Of a stretch of DNA of 64,000 nt, positions 10,385 to 20,769 are shown piece by piece. Source of the stretch: Thermosynechococcus sp. (GTDB lineage Bacteria > Cyanobacteriota > Cyanobacteriia > Thermosynechococcales > Thermosynechococcaceae); assembly GCF_046299635.1 (NCBI RefSeq), contig NZ_JBKBHV010000011.1, positions 3,082 to 67,081 of the forward strand. The letters run 5' to 3'. A program made the translations under genes and the position numbers. How positions within the stretch are numbered: position 1 is the stretch's first letter; each line of letters starts with the position of its first letter. The notes beneath the pieces were generated by a model. That model saw only the letters and a program-made list of their open reading frames with translations, did no database searches and had not been told where the DNA came from.

Positions 10385-11167
10385 ATGCTGCCGCTAACGC
10401 TGAGTCGCCTCTGGACAATTAGCCGCAATGTCTTTAATGAAACACTGCGGGAGCGGGTTCTGTATGTCACCGCTGTTTTTGCCATTGGCCTTGCCTTAGC
10501 CATTGTAATCTTGGGGCAGGTGTCGGCAGGAACCCAAGACAAAATTAGCCTTGATGCCGGGATGGCAGGCATTTCTCTCTTTGGCTTGCTGATTGCTGCC
10601 TTTGTCGGCGGTGGTTTGCTCAATAAGGAGATAGAAAAGCGTACGATTTTGGTCATGTTGGCAAAACCCATTAGCCGTGCGGAGTTTATTATCGGCAAGC
10701 ATTTGGGTCTGTCGGCGGTTCTGCTGGTGCTGGTGGCTCTGATGACACTGATCCTCTTTATTTTCATGAGCCTGAATCAGTTTGCCTATGCCGCAGGCCC
10801 TCTGATTGTGACCTCTTTTTACATTGCCCTACAGCTGTCACTCCTAACCGCAGCCGCTTTGCTCTTTGGCAGCTTCACCAGTTCCTTGATTGCCACGCTG
10901 CTCACGGTGGCACTGTACTTTATGGGGCACTTTAGTCAAAACTTGGTCATCCTCAGCCAAAAGATGGAGAGTGATGCCGTGCGTCAACTGATGCAGTTTC
11001 TCTACCTGATTTTTCCCGATTTATCCCGCTTGGACTTTAAGAATACGGCAGTGTACGGCATCTTGCCCTCCTTGCCGGAACTAGTGGCCAATGCGTTCTA
11101 TGGCGTGATTTATACGGTGGCACTGCTGGCGATCGCCACTTGGATTTTCTCTCGGCGTAACTTTTAA
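10385..11167 (+). CDS. ABC-2 type transporter permease-like membrane protein
   Basis: 260-aa ORF with about 6 hydrophobic segments and the general look of ABC-2 permeases. No adjacent ATPase gene. Confidence 0.55.
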   Translation: MLPLTLSRLWTISRNVFNETLRERVLYVTAVFAIGLALAIVILGQVSAGTQDKISLDAGMAGISLFGLLIAAFVGGGLLNKEIEKRTILVMLAKPISRAEFIIGKHLGLSAVLLVLVALMTLILFIFMSLNQFAYAAGPLIVTSFYIALQLSLLTAAALLFGSFTSSLIATLLTVALYFMGHFSQNLVILSQKMESDAVRQLMQFLYLIFPDLSRLDFKNTAVYGILPSLPELVANAFYGVIYTVALLAIATWIFSRRNF

Positions 11168-11233
11168 GAAAATAGGCAGTCGCCCCGTGCAATTGTTCCC
11201 CCTATAGGTTAGAATGAAGCCCTAAGGATTTTT

Positions 11234-11305
11234 GCCCGTGTAGCTCAGTGGTAGAGCACACCCTTGGTAAGGGTGAGGCCACGAGTTCAATCCTCGTCAC
11301 GGGCT
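11234..11305 (+). tRNA. trnT: tRNA-Thr (anticodon GGU)
   Basis: Folds by hand into a cloverleaf: acceptor GCCCGTG/CACGGGC, D arm GCTC..GAGC, anticodon stem CACCC/GGGTG with loop TTGGTAA, T arm ACGAG TTCAATC CTCGT. Confidence 0.9.
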
Positions 11306-11345
11306 TTGCGTTATAACCCTTCGGAGATAGTCTCTTAACGGCAGT

Positions 11346-11900
11346 CTAGTCGGTCACCACCGTCGCCAGCAAGTGATGGCCGGTAGGACAGCTAAAGCCA
11401 CCACCATGCGGCTTGACCGCACGGGCAAATTTGCCCCCCAAAAGCCCGCCAACAACGCTGGCGATCGCCATCCCCAGGGCAATAGGCCATACCACCTCCC
11501 CCGACACCACAAAGAAGGCAGCGGCAGCGACATTGATCCCAAGGGCTAAAATTTGCTTCCAGCCATTGAGGCGCGTCAGACTCTCTCCCAAAACGAGGCT
11601 CAGCACGGCTAGGAGAATCACGTGCAGCAATAACATTGCCCCTGTCATCCCCCCTGCCACAGCACTGAGAAAGAGCCAACCAGGGCGCTGTTGCTGACCT
11701 TGGAGATCCTCTCGTTGTGCCACCGTCGCCCCCAAGTAAGCGGGAAGCAAAGCCACAGTACTGGTGAGATTGGCAACCACCGGCGGCAAGCCGATCGCCA
11801 CCAAGGCCGAAAAACTAATCAGGGTTCCCCCACTGGCAACGGCATTGACAAAGCCGGCCGCCAGACCGGCAAGGGTCAGCAGTCCAATTTCGCCGAGCAT
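11346..11900 (-). CDS. TauE/SafE-family sulfite exporter-like membrane protein, short and possibly degraded
   Basis: [15 protein letters not shown] and [13 protein letters not shown] match the TauE N-terminal half. The protein is only ~185 aa and its C-terminal tail looks frameshifted (see findings). Start taken at MLGEIG. Confidence 0.5.
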   Translation of the reverse strand: MLGEIGLLTLAGLAAGFVNAVASGGTLISFSALVAIGLPPVVANLTSTVALLPAYLGATVAQREDLQGQQQRPGWLFLSAVAGGMTGAMLLLHVILLAVLSLVLGESLTRLNGWKQILALGINVAAAAFFVVSGEVVWPIALGMAIASVVGGLLGGKFARAVKPHGGGFSCPTGHHLLATVVTD

Positions 11901-11919
11901 GCCCCCGATCGGCCAGACC

Positions 11920-13281
11920 CTAGGCAAGGTGGCGTTGGATGGTTTCGCGGTACTGGCTCTTGGGTTTCATCCCCACCATGACTTCTAGGAGTTCTTTATT
12001 TTTGAAGAGTTGAATCGTGGGTGTGCTTGTTACCCCCGCTTGCTCGGCGATCGCGCTATCTTCGGTGATGTCAATTTCAATCAATTGCACCTTGCCATCG
12101 AATTCCTCCACCAGCCGATCCAAAATGGGTTTGAGGGTATGGCACGGACCACAGGTAGGAGAGACATATTTCACCAGCAGCAGGCGATCGCTCTCGTGGA
12201 AGAGTTTGCGCAAAGCATAGCTGCCCCGATGCTTGATGGCATTGGGATCAAAGTCCTGTGCCGGTGAGGTGGCAGGTTTTGCCGTCTCTGCGGGTTTGGT
12301 CTCGGTTGCCGTTTGCTGAAACTCCTGAATCAGACCCCGCGCCGAAAGCCAACGTTCGGCATCGAGCGCCGCCATACAGCCACTGCCTGCGGCGGTAACC
12401 GCTTGCCGGTATTCATGATCTTGAACATCCCCTGCGGCAAAGACCCCCTCCACACTTGTGTGCGTTCCGTGGTGGGTGACAATATAGCCGACACTATCTA
12501 ATTCCAGAAAGTCTTTGAAAAGTTGAGTATTGGGCGTGTGACCGATGGCGTAGAATAGGCCGCGCACCGGCAGGATAGATTCTTTCCCTGTGGCTTTATT
12601 GATAATCCGCAGACCTGTCATTAAATTGCCATCCCCAAGGATTTCGCGGGCTTCGGTCTGCCAGTGCACCGTAATTTTGGGATTGGCAAACACGCGATCC
12701 TGCATTGCCTTACTGGCCCGCATTTTGTCACTGCGCACCAAAAGATGGACGTGGGAGCCGTATTTGGTGAGATACACTGCTTCCTCTGCTGCGCTATCGC
12801 CACCGCCAATCACCGCCAGCTCGACATCCTTAAAAATGGGCGCTGCCCCATCGCAAATGGCACAGGCGGACACCCCCTTCGTCCAATACTGCTCTTCGCC
12901 GGGAAGATGGAGGCGTTTGGCCGTCGCCCCGGTACAAATGATCACGCTATGGGCATAGACTTGTCGCTCCGCCGAGCAAATGAGAAACGGGCGCTGATGA
13001 AAATCCACTCGAATCACATCTTCGGTGACCATCTCTGTGCCCCAGCGCTCCGCTTGCGCCCTCATGCGGGCCATGAGTTCAGGGCCTTGAATGCCTTCGG
13101 GAAAGCCGGGAAAGTTTTCCACTTCGGTGGTGGTCATGAGTTGTCCCCCCGGCAACCCGCCAATTTGATAGCCTTCAAACATAAAGGGCTTGAGGTTGGC
13201 GCGAGCGGCATAGATGGCGGCGGTGTAACCCGCCGGCCCCGACCCGATAATGACAACGTTCTCAATCCGTGGCGGTGTCAT
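11920..13281 (-). CDS. ntrC: NADPH-dependent thioredoxin reductase C (TrxR fused to thioredoxin domain)
   Basis: 453-aa ORF. It has GSGPAG FAD motifs, the redox-active CAICDG of TrxR, and a C-terminal thioredoxin module with CGPC. Confidence 0.9.
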   Translation of the reverse strand: MTPPRIENVVIIGSGPAGYTAAIYAARANLKPFMFEGYQIGGLPGGQLMTTTEVENFPGFPEGIQGPELMARMRAQAERWGTEMVTEDVIRVDFHQRPFLICSAERQVYAHSVIICTGATAKRLHLPGEEQYWTKGVSACAICDGAAPIFKDVELAVIGGGDSAAEEAVYLTKYGSHVHLLVRSDKMRASKAMQDRVFANPKITVHWQTEAREILGDGNLMTGLRIINKATGKESILPVRGLFYAIGHTPNTQLFKDFLELDSVGYIVTHHGTHTSVEGVFAAGDVQDHEYRQAVTAAGSGCMAALDAERWLSARGLIQEFQQTATETKPAETAKPATSPAQDFDPNAIKHRGSYALRKLFHESDRLLLVKYVSPTCGPCHTLKPILDRLVEEFDGKVQLIEIDITEDSAIAEQAGVTSTPTIQLFKNKELLEVMVGMKPKSQYRETIQRHLA

Positions 13282-13399
13282 GGCTAAAATAAACTCGAAA
13301 CGACTATGAGTTATTTGATTCTAACCTGATTTTCCGTGGCAAACAAGGGGAGCCTCTTTGGGCATAATGGGTGTACCGAAAATGACCAGAGAACTATAG

Positions 13400-14437
13400 T
13401 TGAGATCAATTCCCAGTCCTAAAGTGCAGGAGTGTGATTTGAGCCAAATTCCATTGTTATCTAATGCTCGCGCTATTGCACCAATTGAGAGCCATTTCCA
13501 ACCCGACGCTCATATTACTGTTTTTTCTGGTGATGCCAATGATTTTGTTAAGCAGATTCCCGACAATTCGGTTGCGTTGGTGGTGACTTCGCCGCCCTAC
13601 AACCTCGGCAAAGCGTATGAGCATCGGCTGTCCCTTGACGAATATCTGAACCTTCACGCTCAATTGATTACTCAACTGCACCGTATCTTAAGGGAAGATG
13701 GCAGCATTTGCTGGCAAGTCGGCAATCTCGTCATAGAGGGGGAAGTCTATCCGCTTGATGTGCTCTACTATCCGATTTTCAAAAAGCTGGGCATGAAATT
13801 GCGAAATCGCATTGTTTGGAAATTTGGCCATGGATTACATGCCTCTAAGCGCTTTTCAGGGCGCTACGAGACTATTTTATGGTTCACGAAATCCGATAAT
13901 TACATCTTCAACCTCGATGCCGTTCGTGTGCCGGCAAAATATCCGGGCAAACGTCACTTTAAGGGGCCTAATAAGGGAAAGCCATCGGGGAATCCTCTAG
14001 GTAAGAATCCCTCGGATGTGTGGGAAATTCTGGTGCGGGATTGGGAAGAGTTGGTCTGGGATATTCCTAACGTCAAGTCCAACCATCCTGAGAAGACGAT
14101 TCATCCCTGCCAATTTCCCATTGAACTGGTGGAGCGCTGTGTTCTTGCCCTTACTCATGAAGGTGATTGGGTATTCGACCCCTATATGGGGGTAGGGTCT
14201 GCATTGATTGCGGCTCTCATGCATGGTCGGCGAGCTATGGGTTGCGAGCAAGAAACAACCTATGTGGAGATAGCCCGTCAACGCATTCAAGCATATTACA
14301 GCGGTACGCTCCGTTATCGTCCGATGGGCAAACCGCTCTATCAGCCAACGGGGAGAGAGAAAGTCTCCCAAATTCCTGAAGAATGGAAAGCGGCTTCCCA
14401 AGTGTGCCTTCTGGAACAACCCGAGGAATCCAAATGA
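13400..14437 (+). CDS. Beta-class N4-cytosine/N6-adenine DNA methyltransferase (orphan)
   Basis: 345-aa ORF. Catalytic motif VVTSPPYN lies upstream of the SAM motif FDPYMGVGSA, giving order IV then I (beta class). No endonuclease gene is adjacent. Confidence 0.85.
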   Translation: MRSIPSPKVQECDLSQIPLLSNARAIAPIESHFQPDAHITVFSGDANDFVKQIPDNSVALVVTSPPYNLGKAYEHRLSLDEYLNLHAQLITQLHRILREDGSICWQVGNLVIEGEVYPLDVLYYPIFKKLGMKLRNRIVWKFGHGLHASKRFSGRYETILWFTKSDNYIFNLDAVRVPAKYPGKRHFKGPNKGKPSGNPLGKNPSDVWEILVRDWEELVWDIPNVKSNHPEKTIHPCQFPIELVERCVLALTHEGDWVFDPYMGVGSALIAALMHGRRAMGCEQETTYVEIARQRIQAYYSGTLRYRPMGKPLYQPTGREKVSQIPEEWKAASQVCLLEQPEESK

Positions 14438-14533
14438 TCAAGCAATATTGGAAGCCTTCGCCATACTCTTAGGGAGGGGGAATGTCACGTTCGACTGGCC
14501 TACGGATAGGATGGATATCGTTGAGCGGCTTCC

Positions 14534-17500
14534 TTGGTTGTGTACATCAAGCAGTTAGAATTGACAAATTTTAAGTCCTTTGGCGGCACAACGGTGATTC
14601 CGCTGCTGCCGGGGTTTACGGTGATTTCAGGCCCCAACGGCTCAGGGAAGTCGAATCTGTTGGATGCGTTGCTCTTTGCCCTTGGCCTGGCGGGGTCGAA
14701 GGGGATGCGGGCCGAACGGTTGCCGGATTTAGTGAACCATAGTCAAGCGCGGCGCGGCCATAGTGTTGTCGAAACGCGAGTCACGGTGACCTTTGCTTTG
14801 GATGCCGAAACCGAATGGCGGGTGACGCGGCGACTGCGGGTTACCAAGCAGGGCACCTATACCTCCACCTATGCGGTCAATGATCAACCCTGCACGCTCA
14901 ATGAACTCCACGAGCAGTTGCAGGCATTTTGTATCTATCCCCAAGGTTACAACGTGGTTTTGCAGGGGGATGTCACCGGCATTATTTCCATGAACGCCAA
15001 GGCGCGGCGGGAAATGATTGACGAGTTGGCGGGGGTGGCGGATTTTGACCGTAAGATTGCCCAGGCTCGCGAAAAGCTAGAGACGGTCAAGGAGCGCGAA
15101 GAACGCTTTCGCATTGTTGAGCAGGAGCTAATCCAGCAGCGCGATCGCCTGCAACGGGAACGCCTGCAAGCAGAAAAATACCAAGCCCTGAGGTTAGAAC
15201 TGCAAGAGCGCGAGCAATGGCTGCTGGTGCGCCAATGGCAAGCCCATGAACAAGAAAAAGCGCGGCTGCAAGCCCAGATTCAAGTCCTGCAAAAAGAACA
15301 GGTTCAACGTCAAGCACAACTGCACCAAAAAGCACGGGAGATTGAAGCGGCCACAAGAACCCTTGAGAACCTGAATCAACAGGTGAAAGCCCTCGGCGAG
15401 GAAGCCTATCTCCGCCTGCAAGCAGAGCTAGCCGATCTCCATGCCCAACAGCGCCAATGTCAGTGCCAGCAAACCGCCTACCAACAGCAGCGGGAACAGT
15501 TAGACCAACAACTGCGGCAGCACCAAGCCCAGTACCACAGTCAGCGATTGCAACAACAGCAACTTGCCGAAGAGTTAGAGCAGCAACAGGGCGATCGCCC
15601 CCCCTTAGTCGAAGCTGTGGCCACCAGCCAAGCCACCCTCAATGCCCTACGGCAACAGGCGCAGCAGTTGAATACAGCCGCCCAAGCTTGGTTTCAGGAG
15701 CACAGCCAGCGGCGGCAGCGCATTGATGCTCTGATCCACGAACTGGAACCGAGTCGCAGTGAATTCTCGCGCCTTCAGGAGCGATCGCAACAACTGCGGC
15801 AGCGGCAAGAGGAACTCAATCAGGCTCTCACTACCCTCAAGGCACAACAATTGGAATTGGAAAATGCCCTTGTTCAAGCCAAGACAGCAGTCCATCAACA
15901 GGAGCAGCACCTGCAAACCCTTGCCCAAGACTTAGCCACCGCGCAGCAACAATTGCGCTTAACCGAAGAAACCTATCACCGCCTTGAGCGGGAACAGCGC
16001 CAAAAACAGCGGGAACTGGATCAACTAGAAGCACGGCAACAGGCGGTTCAAGAAAGTCAAGGAAGTGTTGCGGCGCGGCTGATTTTAAGGGCTGAGATAC
16101 CGGGGGTGCTGGGGCTGGTGGCACAACTGGGACAGGTGGAACCCCGCTACCAACTGGCCTTGGAAATTGCCGCCGGGGCACGCTTGGGCAATATCGTGGT
16201 GGCGGATGACCGGGTGGCGGCGGTTGCGATCGCCCTCCTCAAACGGGAACGAGCCGGCAGAGCCACCTTTTTGCCCCTCAACAAGATGGCACGTCCCAAA
16301 ACCCTCCCTCCCATTTCTTTGCTAGGCTGTATTGACTATGCCCTAAATCTTGTCACCTTTGAGCCGCAATACGCCCCCATTTTTGCCTATGTGTTTGGCA
16401 ATACATTGGTGTTTGCAAGCCTTGAGGCAGCGCGACAATACCTAGGGCAATATCGGATGGTCACCCTAGAGGGAGACTTATTGGAACCTTCGGGGGCAAT
16501 GAGCGGGGGTAGCCCCCATCGCCCCAACACCCTCCATTTTGGTCAGGGTGTTTCCCCCCAAGAGTCGGCAGAAGTCCAACCGCTGCGCGATCGCCTTGGG
16601 GAATTGGAACGCCTGTTAGATCGCCTCCTGCAAGAGCGCACCCGGCAGCAGGGGAGAGTCAGCGATCTGAGCCAAGCCCTTGGTGAAGCCCGCCAAAGCC
16701 ATCGCGATCGCGGGCGGCAATGGGAGCAACTTCAGCAGCAACAGCAGCAGCTCAACCGGCAGCAAGCCGATCTAGAGCGTCAACAGCAACAGCTTAGCCA
16801 AGAGCTAGCCGCAGTCGAGACTGAACTTGCGCACCTCGAGACTCGCCTTCCGGCACTAGAAGCAGAACTTGCCACCGAACGCCTTGCCCTCAACGCCCTT
16901 GAAGCGAATCCCGGCCATCGGCATTGGCAGGAGCTTCAGGAACAGATCCAGGCGCAGGAGAAAATCCATGCTGACCATGTGGCCGCCCTGCAAGCGATGG
17001 ATCAAGCCTTGGGGGATCGCCGGCGTCAACTAGAGCGCCTTGGGCAAGACTTGCAACAGAGGGAACAGGAGATACAGCGACTGCGTCACACCCAACAGGA
17101 GATAGCGTCTCAGCAGCAAGCCCTCGATCAAACCCTTGGGGACTTGACCACGCAAATTCAAAAGACGCAAACTGCCCTGCGGGAATTGGATGCCCGCCTA
17201 GGACAGCTCAGGAGCGATCGCGATCGCCAAGATGACCAACTGCGCCAGCAGCAAAAGGACTACCAACAACTGGAATGGCAATGCCAAAAAGGCAGCGACA
17301 CCCTCGCCAGCCTGCAAGCCCAACTTCAGGAATTGGGCACCACCGAGACACCCCCCTTGCCGCAGCCCTTGCCCGAGGTACCTGCTGAGCTTTCCCTCAG
17401 CGACCTTCAACAGCAGTGCCAAGCCCTCGAAAAACAGCTCCGCGCCATGGAACCCGTCAATATGCTGGCAATTCAGGAATTTGAAGAGACGCAAAGGCGG

Positions 17501-18046
17501 CTCAATGAGCTACAGGAAAAGCTGGCCGTTCTGGAAGCCGAGCGCACGGAGATTTTACTGCGGATTGAAAACTTCACCACACGGCGTCACCAGTCCTTTC
17601 GTGAAGCCTTTGATGCCGTCAATGCGAACTTCCAAACGATTTTTGCCACCCTTTCCGATGGCGATGGCTATTTACAACTGGAAACCCCTGAGGATCCCTT
17701 TGCCGGCGGTCTGAATCTGGTGGCGCATCCCAAGGGGAAACCCGTCCAGCGTTTGGCTTCCATGTCTGGCGGTGAAAAATCCCTAACTGCTCTCAGTTTT
17801 ATCTTTGCCCTGCAACGCTATCGCCCCTCGCCCTTCTATGCCTTTGATGAGGTGGACATGTTTCTCGATGGTGCCAATGTCGAGCGCCTTGCCAAAATGA
17901 TTCAGCAGCAGAGCCAAGAAGCACAGTTTATTGTCGTCAGTCTGCGGCGACCGATGATTGAAGCCGCGCAGCGAACCATTGGGGTTACCCAAGGCCGGGG
18001 ACAACAGACCCAAGTGATCGGCCTAGACCTAACGGCTTACCGTTAA
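14534..18046 (+). CDS. smc: Chromosome segregation protein SMC
   Basis: 1170-aa ORF. It has Walker [10 protein letters not shown], long Q/E/R-rich coiled coils, a central hinge ([10 protein letters not shown]), the signature LSGGEKS, and Walker B FYAFDEVD. The start may be the GTG a few codons in. Confidence 0.95.
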   Translation: MVVYIKQLELTNFKSFGGTTVIPLLPGFTVISGPNGSGKSNLLDALLFALGLAGSKGMRAERLPDLVNHSQARRGHSVVETRVTVTFALDAETEWRVTRRLRVTKQGTYTSTYAVNDQPCTLNELHEQLQAFCIYPQGYNVVLQGDVTGIISMNAKARREMIDELAGVADFDRKIAQAREKLETVKEREERFRIVEQELIQQRDRLQRERLQAEKYQALRLELQEREQWLLVRQWQAHEQEKARLQAQIQVLQKEQVQRQAQLHQKAREIEAATRTLENLNQQVKALGEEAYLRLQAELADLHAQQRQCQCQQTAYQQQREQLDQQLRQHQAQYHSQRLQQQQLAEELEQQQGDRPPLVEAVATSQATLNALRQQAQQLNTAAQAWFQEHSQRRQRIDALIHELEPSRSEFSRLQERSQQLRQRQEELNQALTTLKAQQLELENALVQAKTAVHQQEQHLQTLAQDLATAQQQLRLTEETYHRLEREQRQKQRELDQLEARQQAVQESQGSVAARLILRAEIPGVLGLVAQLGQVEPRYQLALEIAAGARLGNIVVADDRVAAVAIALLKRERAGRATFLPLNKMARPKTLPPISLLGCIDYALNLVTFEPQYAPIFAYVFGNTLVFASLEAARQYLGQYRMVTLEGDLLEPSGAMSGGSPHRPNTLHFGQGVSPQESAEVQPLRDRLGELERLLDRLLQERTRQQGRVSDLSQALGEARQSHRDRGRQWEQLQQQQQQLNRQQADLERQQQQLSQELAAVETELAHLETRLPALEAELATERLALNALEANPGHRHWQELQEQIQAQEKIHADHVAALQAMDQALGDRRRQLERLGQDLQQREQEIQRLRHTQQEIASQQQALDQTLGDLTTQIQKTQTALRELDARLGQLRSDRDRQDDQLRQQQKDYQQLEWQCQKGSDTLASLQAQLQELGTTETPPLPQPLPEVPAELSLSDLQQQCQALEKQLRAMEPVNMLAIQEFEETQRRLNELQEKLAVLEAERTEILLRIENFTTRRHQSFREAFDAVNANFQTIFATLSDGDGYLQLETPEDPFAGGLNLVAHPKGKPVQRLASMSGGEKSLTALSFIFALQRYRPSPFYAFDEVDMFLDGANVERLAKMIQQQSQEAQFIVVSLRRPMIEAAQRTIGVTQGRGQQTQVIGLDLTAYR

Positions 18047-18139
18047 TGCTTGAAAAAACATGCCTAGAACTTTGATAATTAATCGCCGTGGATCGTAGGG
18101 AAACATAAGCATACCTTTGCCCGTCAAATCCTCCACCTT

Positions 18140-18799
18140 TTGCTGAGGAGTTTCCCTATGGAATATTGGAAAAGAGTCAGCCTGAGCCTATTGACCGTGG
18201 CCTGTTTGGGAACCATTGCCCCTCGGCCTGCCCAAGCCAATCAAGCCAATCTGTTTACCCAAACCGAAGTGGATCAAAGCCGCTACGTGGTGATGGCTGT
18301 GCCCCTGGCACGCGGTGGGTATCGCCTACTGGTGGTGGAGCAACTCAAGGATACTCGTCCCTGCTGGAGCGAGTCGGGCAGTAATCCTGTAGTGATTGAG
18401 CCGCTCCTGACCACGTTTGACTTTACGGGCATTTGTGGTCGCGCTACAGATAGCAATGGCTACTCCATTCGGGTGGCACAACAGGATTTGGGTTTACAGT
18501 ACAATCTGCGCATTGAACGGGGAAATGGGGAGTTACTCTTGGTCGGCAGCAGCAATCGCGGTGGCTCGCGGATGGTCATTGGCCGCACCCACGGTATGCA
18601 GGAAGGGCAATTTCTCAAGTTTCAGCTGGAACCCACTTGGCGCCTAACGCGGCGCACCTATGAAGGGCGGGTGCTCGGCCATGTCTATTTCACCAACGAC
18701 TCTTGGGAAGCGGCCACAGGAAGCGCGCCCAACAACTTGCCTGCCCCTACCACCCCCGCTAGTACAGAGGCCAACCCGATGCCCAAACCCCAAAGTTAA
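18140..18799 (+). CDS. Secreted conserved hypothetical protein (resembles DUF3747)
   Basis: 219-aa ORF with a signal peptide (an ATG at 18158 is an alternative start). Contains the conserved-looking block FDFTGICGRATDSNGYSIRV. Confidence 0.55.
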   Translation: MLRSFPMEYWKRVSLSLLTVACLGTIAPRPAQANQANLFTQTEVDQSRYVVMAVPLARGGYRLLVVEQLKDTRPCWSESGSNPVVIEPLLTTFDFTGICGRATDSNGYSIRVAQQDLGLQYNLRIERGNGELLLVGSSNRGGSRMVIGRTHGMQEGQFLKFQLEPTWRLTRRTYEGRVLGHVYFTNDSWEAATGSAPNNLPAPTTPASTEANPMPKPQS

Positions 18800-18801
18800 G
18801 C

Positions 18802-19260
18802 CTAGCGTTGCTTCATTGCCCGCTCCATTTCCCGTTTGTCCTGTCGCTGCTTGAGGGCTTGGCGTTTATCGTGGAGTTTTTTGCCGCGGGCTAGAGCCAA
18901 GGCAACTTTAATGCGACCCTTTTTCAGGTAAAGCTTGAGGGGCACCAGCGTCAAGCCCTTTTGTTCTACTTTGCCCACCAGCTTGCGGATTTCTTGCTTG
19001 TGGAGGAGGAGCTTGCGATCGCGCAGGGGATCGTGGTTATAGGATTGGTTGGTGCCCTCGTGGGGGGAGATGTGCACATTCATTAACCATGCTTCGCCAT
19101 TGCGGATGCGGGCAAAGCCATCCCGCAAATTCACCTTGCCGGCGCGAATGGACTTGACTTCAGTGCCGAGCAACACAAGGCCACACTCATAGGTTTCCAA
19201 AATTTCGTATTGAAAGCGCGCTTGGCGATTTTCACTCAGGACTTTGATGCTCTCACCCAT
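18802..19260 (-). CDS. smpB: SsrA-binding protein
   Basis: 152-aa ORF. NRQARFQYEILETYECGLVLLGTEVKSIRAGKVNL is a typical SmpB sequence. Confidence 0.95.
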   Translation of the reverse strand: MGESIKVLSENRQARFQYEILETYECGLVLLGTEVKSIRAGKVNLRDGFARIRNGEAWLMNVHISPHEGTNQSYNHDPLRDRKLLLHKQEIRKLVGKVEQKGLTLVPLKLYLKKGRIKVALALARGKKLHDKRQALKQRQDKREMERAMKQR

Positions 19261-19363
19261 CGGAGACTCGCAAGGGTATTGCCAATATACCGTAGTTTAG
19301 GGGTAGGGGAAGTTTTCATCTTATCACTGCCCTTCCACCCTCTTGCTGAGTTGTTGTCACGCC

Positions 19364-19990
19364 ATGTCCAAGCCTTGGCCACAGCAGTTGCAGTTTTTGC
19401 AGTCCCTACCTCTGATTGCTGTGGTGCGGGCTGCTGATCCTGCCGCAGCGATCGCCCGCGCTCAGGTTTACGTTGAAGCAGGGTTTTCCTGCCTAGAGGT
19501 GACTTGGACAACGCCTAAGGCTGCGGCGGTATTGCAGCAGCTCCGTCAAGACTATCCCCATTGCACGATAGGAGCTGCCAGTCTCAAAACGCCGCCAATG
19601 GTTGAGGAAGCGATCGCCGCCGGCGCGCAGTTTTTAGTGACCCCCCACACGGCAACAGAGGTGGTGCCCCTTGCCCAGGAGGCCAACCGTCCCCTCATTT
19701 TGGGCGCATTGACCCCCACGGAAATTTTCCACGCTTGGCAAGCCGGGGCAGTGGCGGTCAAGGTGTTTCCGATTATGGCGGTGGGGGGAGCGAGCTATCT
19801 GCGGGCATTGCGACCCTTGTTTGCTGAGATTCCCCTAATCCCCTGTGGGGGGATTGGCTGGGAGGATGTCGTGCCCCTTCGGAAAGCGGGGGCGATCGCC
19901 ATCGGCATGGGCAGTCAACTCGGTACGGATGTGGCCATGCTCAAGCAGCAGGTGGCTCAGGCTCGTCAGGCGGATCAGGAGCAGGGGTGA
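19364..19990 (+). CDS. eda: KDPG / 4-hydroxy-2-oxoglutarate aldolase
   Basis: Contains IAVVRA...AGFSCLEVTWTTP...VKVFP...IPCGGI, an Eda-family pattern. ATG at 19364 chosen inside track ORF 19343..19990. Confidence 0.8.
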   Translation: MSKPWPQQLQFLQSLPLIAVVRAADPAAAIARAQVYVEAGFSCLEVTWTTPKAAAVLQQLRQDYPHCTIGAASLKTPPMVEEAIAAGAQFLVTPHTATEVVPLAQEANRPLILGALTPTEIFHAWQAGAVAVKVFPIMAVGGASYLRALRPLFAEIPLIPCGGIGWEDVVPLRKAGAIAIGMGSQLGTDVAMLKQQVAQARQADQEQG

Positions 19991-20633
19991 GGGTGCGCAC
20001 CCGCTCGGCATGGAATCGCTTGCGTCGCCAGCGTTTGCCCAAATTTAGGCCAATGGTTTTGTGGAAATCGTCTTGCACTTTTGCCGTCAGCCGGTAGGAG
20101 ACTTGACGCACAATTTGAGCCAAGACGCGATTGCCCGTGCCCTGCACCAGACCATGGGGCAGGCGGTAGATAAAACGAGGAAAGTACATTGTCACCCGCA
20201 GATCCAGTTCCCAATTCACCCGTGTGTAGTCCACCACATTCAGGTTCAATAGCTCCTTATCGGTGTCCGGATTGGCTTGCATCGGCACCAAGGCCATGGC
20301 CGCTTGAAAGTTCACCTCATAGTTCAAAAATGGCTGTTCCGGCACAGGCATCGTCTCAATGCGATAAACCCCTTGCTCTTGGGGAAGCAAATGGAGTCCA
20401 ATTTTCGGTTCCACCTCATAGCCATGGGAACCATAGCGCCCAATGGTGAGAATGTAGCCGTGCTTGCCCACCGGTTCTGTTTTCATGGGATGGGCACAGC
20501 GATGAAACCATTCCTGGTGATTGTTGAGATAAGTTTCGTAGCGCTGCACGGGCGCATAGACTTCCATCCAGCCTTGAAACTGGTTGTGAAAAATAAAGGG
20601 CGGCAGCGTTGTCCCCTCTTGGGCATCGGTCAT
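19941..20633 (-). CDS. Conserved hypothetical protein (resembles DUF1997)
   Basis: 230-aa ORF with no motifs. Its 3' end overlaps the eda 3' end by 50 nt. Confidence 0.5.
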   Translation of the reverse strand: MTDAQEGTTLPPFIFHNQFQGWMEVYAPVQRYETYLNNHQEWFHRCAHPMKTEPVGKHGYILTIGRYGSHGYEVEPKIGLHLLPQEQGVYRIETMPVPEQPFLNYEVNFQAAMALVPMQANPDTDKELLNLNVVDYTRVNWELDLRVTMYFPRFIYRLPHGLVQGTGNRVLAQIVRQVSYRLTAKVQDDFHKTIGLNLGKRWRRKRFHAERVRTLTPAPDPPDEPEPPAA

Positions 20634-20769
20634 AGCATTACATCAGCACATCGAAATTTGGCGATTTTCATCCTGACATACCTCTGGGGGCGATCGCTAC
20701 GGCGGGGAACCTTGAGGGTCGGATCTTCTGTCCAACGGTTGGTTTACATTTCGTTACATTACTATTCAG

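Noticed and set aside
13282-14533. A restriction endonuclease partner for methyltransferase 1 (and likewise around 29479-31876 for methyltransferase 2).
   Set aside because: The flanking spacers are about 100 bp with no ORFs. The neighbours are clearly NTRC, SMC, a SPOR protein and a HEAT membrane protein.
15100-17400. Highly repetitive Gln/Glu/Arg/Leu-rich coding sequence, considered as a possible tandem repeat or separate element.
   Set aside because: It is the heptad-like coiled-coil arms of SMC. It is in frame throughout and flanked by the SMC head and hinge motifs.
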